From an uncultured Christensenellaceae bacterium (GTDB lineage: Bacteria; Bacillota; Clostridia; Christensenellales; UBA3700): a stretch of DNA of 64,000 bases. The notes beneath the pieces were generated by a model, which was not told the DNA's origin, made no database searches, and saw only the letters and a program-made list of their open reading frames with translations. Shown piece after piece: positions 47,184 through 56,235 of the stretch. How positions within the stretch are numbered: position 1 is the stretch's first letter; every line of letters begins with the position of its first letter. The stretch is from assembly GCA_944380355.1 (NCBI GenBank), contig CALWHJ010000007.1:8497-72496 (forward strand). Reading direction: 5' to 3'. The position numbers and the translations under genes are program-made.

Positions 47184-47346
47184 GTGCGACCGCAGAGATT
47201 AATCGTTACTAACCACCACGCGAGCGCGGAGAGTGGTGTGATTTTGTGAATTTTAAGAGAGTTCGCGAGGGCGCGTACTTGCCGTACGTAACCGAGCGTA
47301 ACTGCTCGCGAAAATTCGCAAAGGCGCGCTGCTATACGCGCTCGCC
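47184..47346 (+). repeat. Internal direct copy (D1) of the modular hairpin repeat, flush with the DUF47 gene stop codon
   Basis: 47220-47346 aligns with 51627-51753 at about 90 percent identity by eye. It ends at 47346, one nt before the TAA stop (47347-47349, minus strand). Confidence 0.9.
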
Positions 47347-47958
47347 TTATAGCGAATTTAGGATATCAAGAAGATAATCCATCGCCACATCCGCCTCATC
47401 TGCCGTAGTATTCAAGTGACGGTAAACTTCCCTGTACTTGAAAATTGCGGATACGTTGTTGCTGTCAAAAAGTTTTGCAAGCGCTTTGTAATAGTTGGCA
47501 CCCATTTTGTTTTCGAGACTCTTGACCTTGATAGCCTCGTCCTTTGCGATTGCCTTGTGCTTTTCCATACTAGCTACGGCTTTCTGGATATGCTCGGTAA
47601 TCTCGTAGAGAATACCGACAAGGCGCACCATATCGGAATTAGGGCTGATTTTGAAAAGGCGCATTTCGTCAACCGCCGTCTTTGCGTAGTCGAGAATTTC
47701 GTCAAGCTGACGGGACAGGTCGAATATGTCGTTACGCTCCATAGGCGTGATAAAGGTACGGTTGAGTTCGTCGATAAGAATACGTCTTGCCATATCGCCT
47801 TCGTCTTCTATCTTGATTACCTCGTCACCGTATGCTTCGTGATTTTCTTCACCTACGCTGCTGCAATATTTGTACAGTGCTTCCATACCTCTTTTGGTAA
47901 TCTCGCTCTGCTTTGCAAGCAAATCAAAAAAGTTTACTTTTTTTCTGAAAAGTTTCAT
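47347..47958 (-). CDS. DUF47 / PhoU-like phosphate transport regulator (TIGR00153 family)
   Basis: 203 aa, all-helical. It follows a PiT transporter gene, the usual pairing for this family. Confidence 0.85.
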   Translation of the reverse strand: MKLFRKKVNFFDLLAKQSEITKRGMEALYKYCSSVGEENHEAYGDEVIKIEDEGDMARRILIDELNRTFITPMERNDIFDLSRQLDEILDYAKTAVDEMRLFKISPNSDMVRLVGILYEITEHIQKAVASMEKHKAIAKDEAIKVKSLENKMGANYYKALAKLFDSNNVSAIFKYREVYRHLNTTADEADVAMDYLLDILNSL

Positions 47959-47971
47959 ATACTGCCCTCCG

Positions 47972-49000
47972 TCACACGAAAATCGCTCTCAATATCAAGC
48001 ATATCACCGCACCTATTGCCATTGCAACAGGAAAAGTGAAAATCCAGCTGGAAAAAATCTTTTTAGCGCGTCCCCAGCGCACCGCGCTTATTCTGTCGGC
48101 GATACCTACGCCGATAATACTCGAAGAAACCACCTGACCCGTGCTTACGGGAATACCTGTAAACGAGCAAGTGAGTGCAACCGTGGCCGTCGAAAGCTGT
48201 GCGACGTACGACTGAAGCGTACCTACCCTGTATATTCTCTTGCCGACGGTATAGATAAGTTTGTAACCTCCAAACAACAGACCTGCCATTATCGCCACGG
48301 ACAATACGGCAACCGTCCAGAAATCAAAGGTATAAGTCTGAGTGTCCTGCCCCTTGCATACGGCAAGAGCGAGAAGGTAAATACCCATAGATTTTTGCAC
48401 GTTGTTGATAGATATGGAGGTACTCAGAAGCACTACGTTGAAGACCTGAGCCCCCTTGAAAAACTTCTTGACACTCCTGTCCATTCTGTAACAGATAACG
48501 TGAAAAAGCTTGCTGAGCAAAAAGCCTACCGCCATACAAACCAGCGGTGTAGCAAATACCATAAGAATGACTTTGAGTCCGACCAAATTCCAGTTGATAT
48601 TTCCAAAACCGAAACTGGCAAGACCCGCGCCTACCAGACCTCCGAGCAACGTATGCGAAGTACTGTTGGGTACCGAGGTAAGCACGCTTACAGTCGACCA
48701 CGAAAGCGTAGCAAGCATAGTGGACAAAAGGAAAATAAATCCCTCTTTTTCGCTTATGCCGACAAAAGCTTCTTCCTTGACGAGATTACCTACCGTGCGC
48801 GCAACGCTGTCGCTTTTGAGCAAAAAGCAAATTATAATCGGTGCGATAAGTTTGGTTGCTCCCGAAATAACGATTGCATACTGAGGCTTAATGGCGCGTG
48901 TCGCAACGCAAGTAGCGACGGCGTTTGCTCCGTCGGAAAAACCCATATAAAACGTGTAGGCTATCGCCAAAATGAAGATAACTACTATGTATGCGTCCAT
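47972..49000 (-). CDS. pit: Inorganic phosphate transporter, PiT family
   Basis: 342 aa, multi-TM. GFSDGANAVATCVATR and GQVVSSSIIGVG signature repeats. Confidence 0.9.
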   Translation of the reverse strand: MDAYIVVIFILAIAYTFYMGFSDGANAVATCVATRAIKPQYAIVISGATKLIAPIIICFLLKSDSVARTVGNLVKEEAFVGISEKEGFIFLLSTMLATLSWSTVSVLTSVPNSTSHTLLGGLVGAGLASFGFGNINWNLVGLKVILMVFATPLVCMAVGFLLSKLFHVICYRMDRSVKKFFKGAQVFNVVLLSTSISINNVQKSMGIYLLALAVCKGQDTQTYTFDFWTVAVLSVAIMAGLLFGGYKLIYTVGKRIYRVGTLQSYVAQLSTATVALTCSFTGIPVSTGQVVSSSIIGVGIADRISAVRWGRAKKIFSSWIFTFPVAMAIGAVICLILRAIFV

Positions 49001-49331
49001 ACCGCCTCTTTATACAAAATACGGCAAAACCGACGCTTTGCCGAGTAATTTCGCTTATGATATAATATCTTACTATATAATATTATAATATTTCAATGCA
49101 AAATGCAATATTTTTTATGGATTTTTTATGTATGTTTATGTCGACTTTTTCCAGAGTATTATAATCATAATTTATTACTTACGCTCTATATAAATAAAAA
49201 TTGAGTATATTTTAACAAAATTATTTGATATTTTATTCATTGCTCTATTTGTCATAAATTCCGTTTTATTCAAAAAACAGTATAATTTAAAGCTTATCTT
49301 CCGGGAAGTTTGCTATCGAATAAAACCTAGC

Positions 49332-50564
49332 TCAGTTGTAATAATCAAGCACTATCCGCTGAATCGTATTGTACATTATATTGTAATTAATGACTACATT
49401 CCCCTCTTCGTCAACAGTTTCTTCCCCATCTATCTCGGGAAGCTCGACATATGAGCCTGTACCATCCTCCTGTCCTTGCAATTTGAGATACAAATCATTG
49501 AAAAAATTGCCTACTACTGTCATAAAATCGTGTTCGTCCCACCACTTTCTGCAATACTCTTTCTCTATTCTGTATGCACTGTGAGTGGGATAGTTGACGG
49601 TGTAGTAATTAGGGTCTACGTTGTAACATATAAAGGTAAAGAGAAATCCCATATTATCCAGATAAAAACTGTATTTGAGATAGGGGTCGCCGCTGTTGAG
49701 AAGCACGTATGCCGCAAGCGCGTTTGCCTCGTCCTCTCTCATTACGCCGTGAATATGAGCAAATTCATGCGCTATAGTAGACGCTTTTTCTACCATAGGC
49801 ATATCCTTGTTGTAGCCCGCTTCCGCCGTAGGTACAAACGATATACCCATTATTCCGAAGCTGGCCATAATACCGCTGGAGATTACAGGTTTTGCCTTGG
49901 CGGTATAATCGAAATAATAATCGTCCGTCACAAGTCTTTCGTAAGCGTCGCGAATAACTTCCCTTAGCTGTTTGTCCGTATAAGGACAAATCGCGCGACC
50001 GTCGGGATAGGTGCCGAGCTGCTCTACCGTCGAGTTGAAGTCCTCAATTGCCGCGATATAGGTATTGACGGCGACTTCGGTTGACGCCGTTTTACTCTCG
50101 TAGACGGGTATGGGCGCACGCTCTCTGTTGTAAGCAAACCCCGCAACGAATATGTACAGGTTTGCCACCCAAACTGCGGCTATTGCTATAACTATAAGCA
50201 CGCGGCGCGAATACGCTCCGTACTTCTTGCAAAAAAGTACAATCGACGCTACGATACCGCCTATCACTCCTATCACGCAGAGAGTGGCAAGTACCTCGAA
50301 TACGTTAAAACCGACTACGGAATAAAACCTGCCTGCTACGCTTACGTAGGCATTGACCAAAGTCCTGCAAATCCTCTCGCACACCGCGCTATTCGTACGG
50401 AAAATCAGCAAAATACACAGCCACAGCACAAGTACGCCCAAAGTCAACAGCATTACAAAAGTAGTGCCGCTGATTTTTACTTTTTTATTATCGGCCGTGT
50501 CTGTCTGCGCTGCTTTCTCTTGCAAATATTGTTCTTGTTCGCACTGTTGAATTTGCTCGTCCAT
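49332..50564 (-). CDS. DUF3810-like membrane protein with an HExxH metalloprotease-like motif
   Basis: 410 aa with 3 N-terminal TM helices and an AHEFAHIHG motif. The overall layout is as I recall for DUF3810 in Clostridia. Confidence 0.7.
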   Translation of the reverse strand: MDEQIQQCEQEQYLQEKAAQTDTADNKKVKISGTTFVMLLTLGVLVLWLCILLIFRTNSAVCERICRTLVNAYVSVAGRFYSVVGFNVFEVLATLCVIGVIGGIVASIVLFCKKYGAYSRRVLIVIAIAAVWVANLYIFVAGFAYNRERAPIPVYESKTASTEVAVNTYIAAIEDFNSTVEQLGTYPDGRAICPYTDKQLREVIRDAYERLVTDDYYFDYTAKAKPVISSGIMASFGIMGISFVPTAEAGYNKDMPMVEKASTIAHEFAHIHGVMREDEANALAAYVLLNSGDPYLKYSFYLDNMGFLFTFICYNVDPNYYTVNYPTHSAYRIEKEYCRKWWDEHDFMTVVGNFFNDLYLKLQGQEDGTGSYVELPEIDGEETVDEEGNVVINYNIMYNTIQRIVLDYYN

Positions 50565-50762
50565 ATCTATATTTTAGCATAAAAGAATAACCCTTTTCAA
50601 TAGCAAAAGCTTTTTTATATCTACCTTTTACGTTTCACCACGCAAGTTATGCAAGCATATAATGTAGCGGTACGCATAACGTACCCCGCCCTTTAGAGCA
50701 ACTCAGTACATACCCGCTAAGGCAACTCTTGAACTTTCGGGTAAAACACAAAGGAGACTAAT

Positions 50763-51326
50763 ATGTTCTGTTATAATCATTGTTTAAACAACAGCACAAA
50801 CTTCAACAATCAAAGTTTCTCTTCGTGGAGCAGAACAAACTACGGTTGCGGCTGGTACTGCTGTCCCAACTGTTGTTATGCATTCGCAAACAACTCTGTA
50901 AGCACTCTGCCCGCTCCGGCATCCAACACCGCTGTACAGAATATCGCATATTTTACAAATCCGACGGCTACGGATATAGCTGCCGATGCGGTTATTCCCG
51001 TTAACCTCTCCAAACAAATCGGTAATGCGATTACTTCAAGCGGTACGGGCGTATTGCTCCAATCGGGCACATATAAAGTTACGTATTCCCTGACCGGTAA
51101 CCCTCAAACGACCGGCACATCGACCGTAGGAGTACAGCTCAACGGTACGACACAGCCCTTGTTTTCTCAGTCCGAGCAGGTATCCGCTGCGGGCGATAAC
51201 TACAATCTCTCGGCAAGCGGACTTGTAACCGTAACTTCCGACAACAGCATACTCACACTCAACAACCTCGGAGCAAACGCTCAGAATTTCTCCAACGTAA
51301 ACCTCGTTGTACAGAAAGCAGCGTAA
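50763..51326 (+). CDS. Cys-rich N-terminus + BclA C-terminal (TNF/C1q-like) domain protein; probable spore-surface protein
   Basis: 187 aa with an AAAGGAGA RBS and a strong terminator downstream. The C-terminal ~135 aa parallel the B. anthracis BclA CTD block by block: AYF.., IPVN, GNAITS, GTYKVTYSL, VQLNGT and the ending LVVQKAA. There are no collagen GXX repeats. The N-terminus has 7 Cys in 38 aa. Confidence 0.65.
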   Translation: MFCYNHCLNNSTNFNNQSFSSWSRTNYGCGWYCCPNCCYAFANNSVSTLPAPASNTAVQNIAYFTNPTATDIAADAVIPVNLSKQIGNAITSSGTGVLLQSGTYKVTYSLTGNPQTTGTSTVGVQLNGTTQPLFSQSEQVSAAGDNYNLSASGLVTVTSDNSILTLNNLGANAQNFSNVNLVVQKAA

Positions 51327-51351
51327 TGTAAATCACTCCGAAATAAATACG

Positions 51352-51378
51352 CCGTCCCACTAAGTGGGACGGTTTTTG
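51352..51378 (+). terminator. Rho-independent terminator of the BclA-CTD gene
   Basis: CCGTCCCAC-taa-GTGGGACGG followed by TTTTTG. Confidence 0.85.
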
Positions 51379-51458
51379 TTTAGTACTCCATTTGTGTATA
51401 TGTTTCACCACTCTGTTTATCAACTTTGCTCTATAGTAATATTAACTATTACTAGCTA

Positions 51459-51753
51459 CGTGCAAGCGCGGAGATTGGTACAGAGTTGCGATTATAAATT
51501 CATTGCTAAACTTTGTGCAAGCGCGGAGAGTGGTGTAGAGTTTGTCTTTTCCGGACCGAGCGCGACAGGCGCATACTTTGCGTATGTAACCGAGCGCGAG
51601 TGTACCGCTAATATTACATACTTCGTGCGAGCGCGGAGAGTGGTGTGATTTTGCGAATTTTAAGAGAGTTCGCGAGCGGAGCGTACTTGCCGTACGTGAC
51701 CGAGCGTAACTGCTCGCAAAAATTCGTAAAGGCGCGCCGCTATACGCGCTTGC
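51459..51753 (+). repeat. Right copy of the modular GC-rich hairpin repeat (D2), flush with the spoIVA stop codon
   Basis: It contains three GTGCRAGCGCGGAGAKTGGT modules (51459, 51515, 51625) and the 127-nt block 51627-51753, which is shared with 47220-47346. It ends at 51753, one nt before the TAG stop of spoIVA. Confidence 0.9.
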
Positions 51754-53232
51754 CTATAAAAGGATGCACAAAACCCCACCCTTACCTTCATTGACAATGC
51801 GTGTAACCGTCTTGCGAAGCTTTCCTCTTACGTCTTCGGGCATTGCCATAAGCTTGTTGTTCAAGCCTTCTTTTGCGATTACGTTGAGAGACTTGCCGAA
51901 CATATTGGTATTCCAAATATCCTGACCGTCTTCGCCGAATTCGTCGAGCCATGCGCGAAGGTTGTCTTCGCTCTGCATATCGCTGTTGATTACGGGATTG
52001 ACTTCGGTTTCGACGTCAACGCGCATGATATGCATTGCGGGAGCGGACGCTTTGAGTTTTATGCCGTATCGCGAGCCTTTTTTGACGATTTGAGGTTGCT
52101 GAAGCTGTAAGTCGTCGAGCGTAGGCGTAACTACTCCGTAACCGTACTTTTCTACGTCCTCGAGAGCTTGTTTGACTTTGTTATACTTTTCCTTAGCCTC
52201 GGCAAATTCTTTGATATATGCGACAAGCTGACACTCGTCGGCAATCTCTACGCCGCACTGCATGGAAAGCACTTTGTAGAAAAGCTCGGGACGAGGCGAA
52301 GTCTTTATCATGCACTTGCCCGTGCCGTAATCTACGGATACCTGAGAATCTTTTTGCAAATATTCGTCGTCTTCGAAAAGGCTGACAAGACGCTTGTAGT
52401 CGCCCATGACCTTCATATCGTTGACTACCGAAACCACCTTGTCGATGATATGCGAAATAACCTCGCTCGTACGAGGCAATGCCTGCATCCAAGTAGGCAT
52501 ATCTATATCCACGCTTCTCAAAGGGAATTGCAAGAGTACGCTTTCGAGAAGTTCCGTCATCTCCTGAGCATTCATTTCCTGCACGTTTTTAAGAAGTACG
52601 GGTATACCGTATTCGTCGGCAAGTCTGTCGCGAAGTCTTATGCTTTCGGTATCCTGAGGATGGCGGGAATTGAGGAGCATTACGAAAGGTTTGTCGAGTT
52701 CTTTCATCTCTCTCACTACTCTTCTCTCGGCTACTTCATATCCCTCTCTCGGCAAATCGAGAACAGAGCCGTCGCTGGACACTAATACGCCGATAGTAGA
52801 ATGGTCGGTGATTACCTTGCTTGTGCCGTATTCAGCCGCCTCGGTAAAAGGCATTTGCTCATCACTCCAAGGTGTATTGACAAGTCTGTCATTGTCCCCC
52901 TCTTCAAAGCCCTGCGCTCCCGCAAAGGGATAGCCGACGCAATCGACGAGTCTCAATTTTGCTCTGCACTCGGGAGCAAGCTCGACTTCTACTCCGCCGT
53001 CAGGCACGAATTTGGGCTGAGTGGTCATAACCGTTTTGCCGTCTGCCGACTGAGGCAATTCGTCGATAATTCTCTCCTTATGGTAGTCCTCTTGGAGATT
53101 AGGCAATACCATAGTCTGCATAAACTTAGTGATAAAAGTCGATTTACCGCTTCTTACGGGACCGACTACTCCTATATAAATGTTTCCTTGAGTACGTGTA
53201 GAGATATCCTGATAAAGATTTGATTTTTCCAT
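51754..53232 (-). CDS. spoIVA: Stage IV sporulation protein A (spore coat morphogenetic ATPase)
   Basis: MEKSNLYQDISTRTQGNIYIGVVGPVRSGKSTFITKFM closely parallels the B. subtilis SpoIVA N-terminus. Start at ATG 53230-53232 with a GGAGGAG RBS. The ORF track extends to 53274. Confidence 0.9.
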   Translation of the reverse strand: MEKSNLYQDISTRTQGNIYIGVVGPVRSGKSTFITKFMQTMVLPNLQEDYHKERIIDELPQSADGKTVMTTQPKFVPDGGVEVELAPECRAKLRLVDCVGYPFAGAQGFEEGDNDRLVNTPWSDEQMPFTEAAEYGTSKVITDHSTIGVLVSSDGSVLDLPREGYEVAERRVVREMKELDKPFVMLLNSRHPQDTESIRLRDRLADEYGIPVLLKNVQEMNAQEMTELLESVLLQFPLRSVDIDMPTWMQALPRTSEVISHIIDKVVSVVNDMKVMGDYKRLVSLFEDDEYLQKDSQVSVDYGTGKCMIKTSPRPELFYKVLSMQCGVEIADECQLVAYIKEFAEAKEKYNKVKQALEDVEKYGYGVVTPTLDDLQLQQPQIVKKGSRYGIKLKASAPAMHIMRVDVETEVNPVINSDMQSEDNLRAWLDEFGEDGQDIWNTNMFGKSLNVIAKEGLNNKLMAMPEDVRGKLRKTVTRIVNEGKGGVLCILL

Positions 53233-53408
53233 AAACTCCTCCATTTTTTGTTCGCTAAAATATATGCCGTACAATACGAGGATATTACAAAAAAAATACT
53301 GACTTAAAAAAAGCGCGAATAAACAAACTCGCGTATTTATATAAATATTATTTTATCGTATTAAAAAGACTAACAACATTATGATAAGATTATTGATTTT
53401 GCAAATCG

Positions 53409-53437
53409 TAAAACAAAGGCGGACTAAAAATCCGCCT
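53409..53437 (-). terminator. Rho-independent terminator after the lipoprotein gene
   Basis: Minus strand reads AGGCGGA-uuuuuag-UCCGCCU followed by UUGUUUUAC. Confidence 0.75.
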
Positions 53438-53459
53438 TTTGTATCGATTAATTATAAAA

Positions 53460-54560
53460 TCAATTATCTATTAATTCTGCCGTCAAGGTCAAGCCGTCCG
53501 CGGTGTAGGATATAATGTAAACTCCCGTATCTCTGTCCGTACTTATACCCGTAAAGAAACCTGCCTCTGCGCCGGGCAATACGACATTCATTATTGCAAA
53601 ATTCTTATATAGATACATTTGTCTGTCTTCGTCATAGTATTCGTAACCTACCGCAATAGTAAATTCGTGGTCGTGAGTATACTTGAATTCGTACTCAAAA
53701 GTAGTATTCTCAGCAGAATACACAAAGTCGGCAAACTGCGTTTCCTTGTACACGCTGCCTATCTGATAATCGTTGTCGGTAATCCATATCCTGAGATTTT
53801 CATACTCTCCCGTCAATTTGGACATATCGACGACTACTTTTTCGGTATAGAGATTTTCGGGAGTAACCTCACCGAAATCTACGACTTCCAATGTCTTGAC
53901 AAGCGCTCTCGTCCCCTCTTTGAACACCAACCTCGCCGTTCCTTCGCTAATCTTGGTGAGATCTATATCGAAAGTTGCGCCGGTGGCACACCAACCGCTG
54001 ACTACCGTCGTCGCTTTTGCTCCCGAAATTGCCTCGTTGGGAATCACGTCGGGATTGAGAGAATATATCTCGACCTCGGTCATATATCCTTCGACGTTCG
54101 TAGTGTTGGTAACGCCGTCTGTACCGAAATCCACCTCAAAAGTCTGAGAGGTGTTGATAGTATCGTCGCCGTCTTCCACCGCGGCTAATTGTTCACAGAC
54201 TTTACTCCAAACCATCGTATCCGACTCGTCCACATCGGGAGACGCTTTGAGCGTAACGGAAACAGTGACGTTCTGCGCGGGCATGGTAAACTCGTACTTG
54301 CCGCTTGTATTGAGAGTACAAGCCGTGCCGTTTGCCGTAACGCTGTCAATTGCAAAGAATTCTTCTGCCGTTACGGTAAGAACTACATTGTCTCCCGCCT
54401 TAGCGTTTTTGTGCGAGCATACAACGCTGAAGTTATCGCCGCTATTGAGGGTAATATCGTAATAAGTCGGCTCTGTGCTAGTACCGCCGCAAGCGGCAAA
54501 AGCGACAAGCGCGGTAACCAAAACGAGCGACAAAGCGATTGCAATACATAATTTTTTCAT
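53460..54560 (-). CDS. Putative lipoprotein with an N-terminal divergent InlB-B-repeat-like Ig domain
   Basis: Signal peptide plus lipobox (MKKLCIAIALSLVLVTALVAFAACGG). The segment YDITLNSGDNFSVV...AGDNVVLTVTAEEFFAIDSVTANG...FTMPAQNVTVSVTLK fits the B-repeat pattern. Start at ATG 54558-54560 with an AGGAGAG RBS. Confidence 0.7.
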   Translation of the reverse strand: MKKLCIAIALSLVLVTALVAFAACGGTSTEPTYYDITLNSGDNFSVVCSHKNAKAGDNVVLTVTAEEFFAIDSVTANGTACTLNTSGKYEFTMPAQNVTVSVTLKASPDVDESDTMVWSKVCEQLAAVEDGDDTINTSQTFEVDFGTDGVTNTTNVEGYMTEVEIYSLNPDVIPNEAISGAKATTVVSGWCATGATFDIDLTKISEGTARLVFKEGTRALVKTLEVVDFGEVTPENLYTEKVVVDMSKLTGEYENLRIWITDNDYQIGSVYKETQFADFVYSAENTTFEYEFKYTHDHEFTIAVGYEYYDEDRQMYLYKNFAIMNVVLPGAEAGFFTGISTDRDTGVYIISYTADGLTLTAELIDN

Positions 54561-54704
54561 AATCTCTCCTTTAGCTGCGTACAAAAAGCTCAAAACAGTA
54601 AAATTTGCTTAAACGCGGTATTTGAATGCCTATCTTTAGACGCAGCAAACATCTTACTATTATTTTAACGCATACTTACGTTTTTGTCAATGCCGTCGCA
54701 TACG

Positions 54705-54733
54705 ACAAAAGGCGCGTCCTTTTCGAACGCGCC
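54705..54733 (-). terminator. Rho-independent terminator after the hydrogenase-like gene
   Basis: Minus strand reads GGCGCGU-ucgaaaagg-ACGCGCC followed by UUUUGUCG. Confidence 0.75.
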
Positions 54734-54764
54734 TTATTAATTTATCGTAAAATTATTCTGTCTT

Positions 54765-56204
54765 TTACTCTTTATTTTCCTTAAGGCTCTCTTCGTACCA
54801 CGCTACCGCGGTGTCTATATCCTTATAAGTAGCGGCATTGGAATATCTGTCTATCTCTACGCTATTTTTGATATTGTCGTGATGCAACGAGAGTGCGCCG
54901 TTGAGGCAGCCTCCGTCGCAAGCCATACCCTCGAAGAAGTTTGCGGTAGTCTTGTTGAACTTGAGTTTGAGCAAGTTTGCTCTTATATCGTCAATACCGC
55001 TCATAGCCACAGGCTCGACTTTCTTTTCGCCCTTGACGAGTTTAGAAATATCTGCGGATATGCCGCCGCACTTAGCGAATACTCTTCCCATCGTGGAAGC
55101 TTCGTCGATATTGGTTTCTTCAAGCGTAAGCAAATCGACCCCTCTTGCATCCAAAAATGCCTGCAACTCTTCAAAGGAAATTGCATTGTCAACCGCTCCC
55201 TTTGTCTTATCCATTCTGTACTCGAGCTTTTTGCTGGTGCAAGGTCCGATAAATACTGTCTTGATTCCGAGGAATTTTCTCTTGAGGAACATAGCCGTTT
55301 CGACCATAGGAGAAGGCGAAGAGGATATGTACTTTGCAAGTTCGGGGAAATTCTTTTCTACGAACATTACGAAGGAAGGACAGCACGAAGTCGTCATAAG
55401 TCCTTTTTCTTCAAACTCTTTTGCCTCTTTGTAAAGCGTGATGTCCGCACCGAGAGCCGCTTCGTATACCTTGCTGAAACCGAGCTTTTTGATACCCGTA
55501 ACAAGCTGTCCGAAAGTAGCGGGCTTGAACTGGCTGGCAATCGCGGGAGCGATTATTGCGTAGACTTTGGTACCCTTTTCCTTGCTCTCTTTGAGCAGAT
55601 TGAGAGTATCGAGAATATAGGATTTGTCTACTATTGCGCCGAAAGGACAGTTATACACGCACGCGCCGCACGCAATACATTTATCGTTGTCGATTTTTGC
55701 TCTGTCGTACTCGTCCATAGATATAGCCTTTACTTTACAGCTCTTTATGCAAGGACGGGACTGCTCTATTATCGCGTCGTAAGGACAAGCCTTTGCGCAG
55801 CGTCCGCACTTGATGCACTTGTCCATATCAATCACGGGCTTGTTGTCCACTATAGTAATAGCGTCCTTAGGGCAAGCTTCCTTACACTTATGGACAATAC
55901 AGCCACGGCAAGCGGGAGTAATATACATACCGCTGATAGGACATGAGTCGCATGCAGCCTCGATAACCTCCACGATATTGGGGTTATCCTTATTGCCGCC
56001 GAGAGCAAGTTTTATTCTCTCCTGGACGATAGCGCGCTCCTTATAGATACAGCATCTGAAGCTGGGCTTGGGTCCGGGGGAAATTGACTTGGGGATATCC
56101 ATATAGATATTGGACATATCGCCCTTGTCGTATGCCTCTATAATCTGTTTTAAAACTTCGTATTTGAGTTCTTGTACTTTTGTGTCGAATTTACTGTTGC
56201 TCAT
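54765..56204 (-). CDS. Monomeric [FeFe]-hydrogenase-like protein (ferredoxin-type clusters + H-cluster domain)
   Basis: 479 aa. Two CxxCxxCxxxCP ferredoxin motifs and the H-cluster signatures TSCCPSF, GPCTSKKLE and EGMACDGGCLNG. Confidence 0.8.
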   Translation of the reverse strand: MSNSKFDTKVQELKYEVLKQIIEAYDKGDMSNIYMDIPKSISPGPKPSFRCCIYKERAIVQERIKLALGGNKDNPNIVEVIEAACDSCPISGMYITPACRGCIVHKCKEACPKDAITIVDNKPVIDMDKCIKCGRCAKACPYDAIIEQSRPCIKSCKVKAISMDEYDRAKIDNDKCIACGACVYNCPFGAIVDKSYILDTLNLLKESKEKGTKVYAIIAPAIASQFKPATFGQLVTGIKKLGFSKVYEAALGADITLYKEAKEFEEKGLMTTSCCPSFVMFVEKNFPELAKYISSSPSPMVETAMFLKRKFLGIKTVFIGPCTSKKLEYRMDKTKGAVDNAISFEELQAFLDARGVDLLTLEETNIDEASTMGRVFAKCGGISADISKLVKGEKKVEPVAMSGIDDIRANLLKLKFNKTTANFFEGMACDGGCLNGALSLHHDNIKNSVEIDRYSNAATYKDIDTAVAWYEESLKENKE

Positions 56205-56235
56205 ATATACCTCGCGTTGTGCAATAGTTGTTGAA

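Noticed and set aside
49111-49140. Phased T-tracts (ttttttatgg attttttatg tatgtttatg) upstream of pit as Pho-box-like direct repeats
   Set aside because: The motif does not match the TT(A/T/C)ACA PhoP half-site consensus. It is more simply explained as intrinsically curved AT-rich promoter-upstream DNA, which is too weak to call.
51459-51652. CRISPR-like look of three ~28-nt GTGCRAGCGCGGAGAKTGGT... repeats
   Set aside because: Spacing is irregular (27 nt, then 82 nt). The repeats are only about 80 percent identical. The 'spacers' are themselves repeated elsewhere (46.4-47.3 kb). No cas genes are present.
46454-51753. Transposon, integron cassette array (attC-like sites after stop codons) or prophage remnant
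   Set aside because: No transposase, integrase, recombinase or phage genes. I could not identify target-site duplications. The cargo is ordinary metabolism and sporulation genes. I found no GTTRRRY/RYYYAAC attC core sites. It is reported only as a repeat-bracketed segment.
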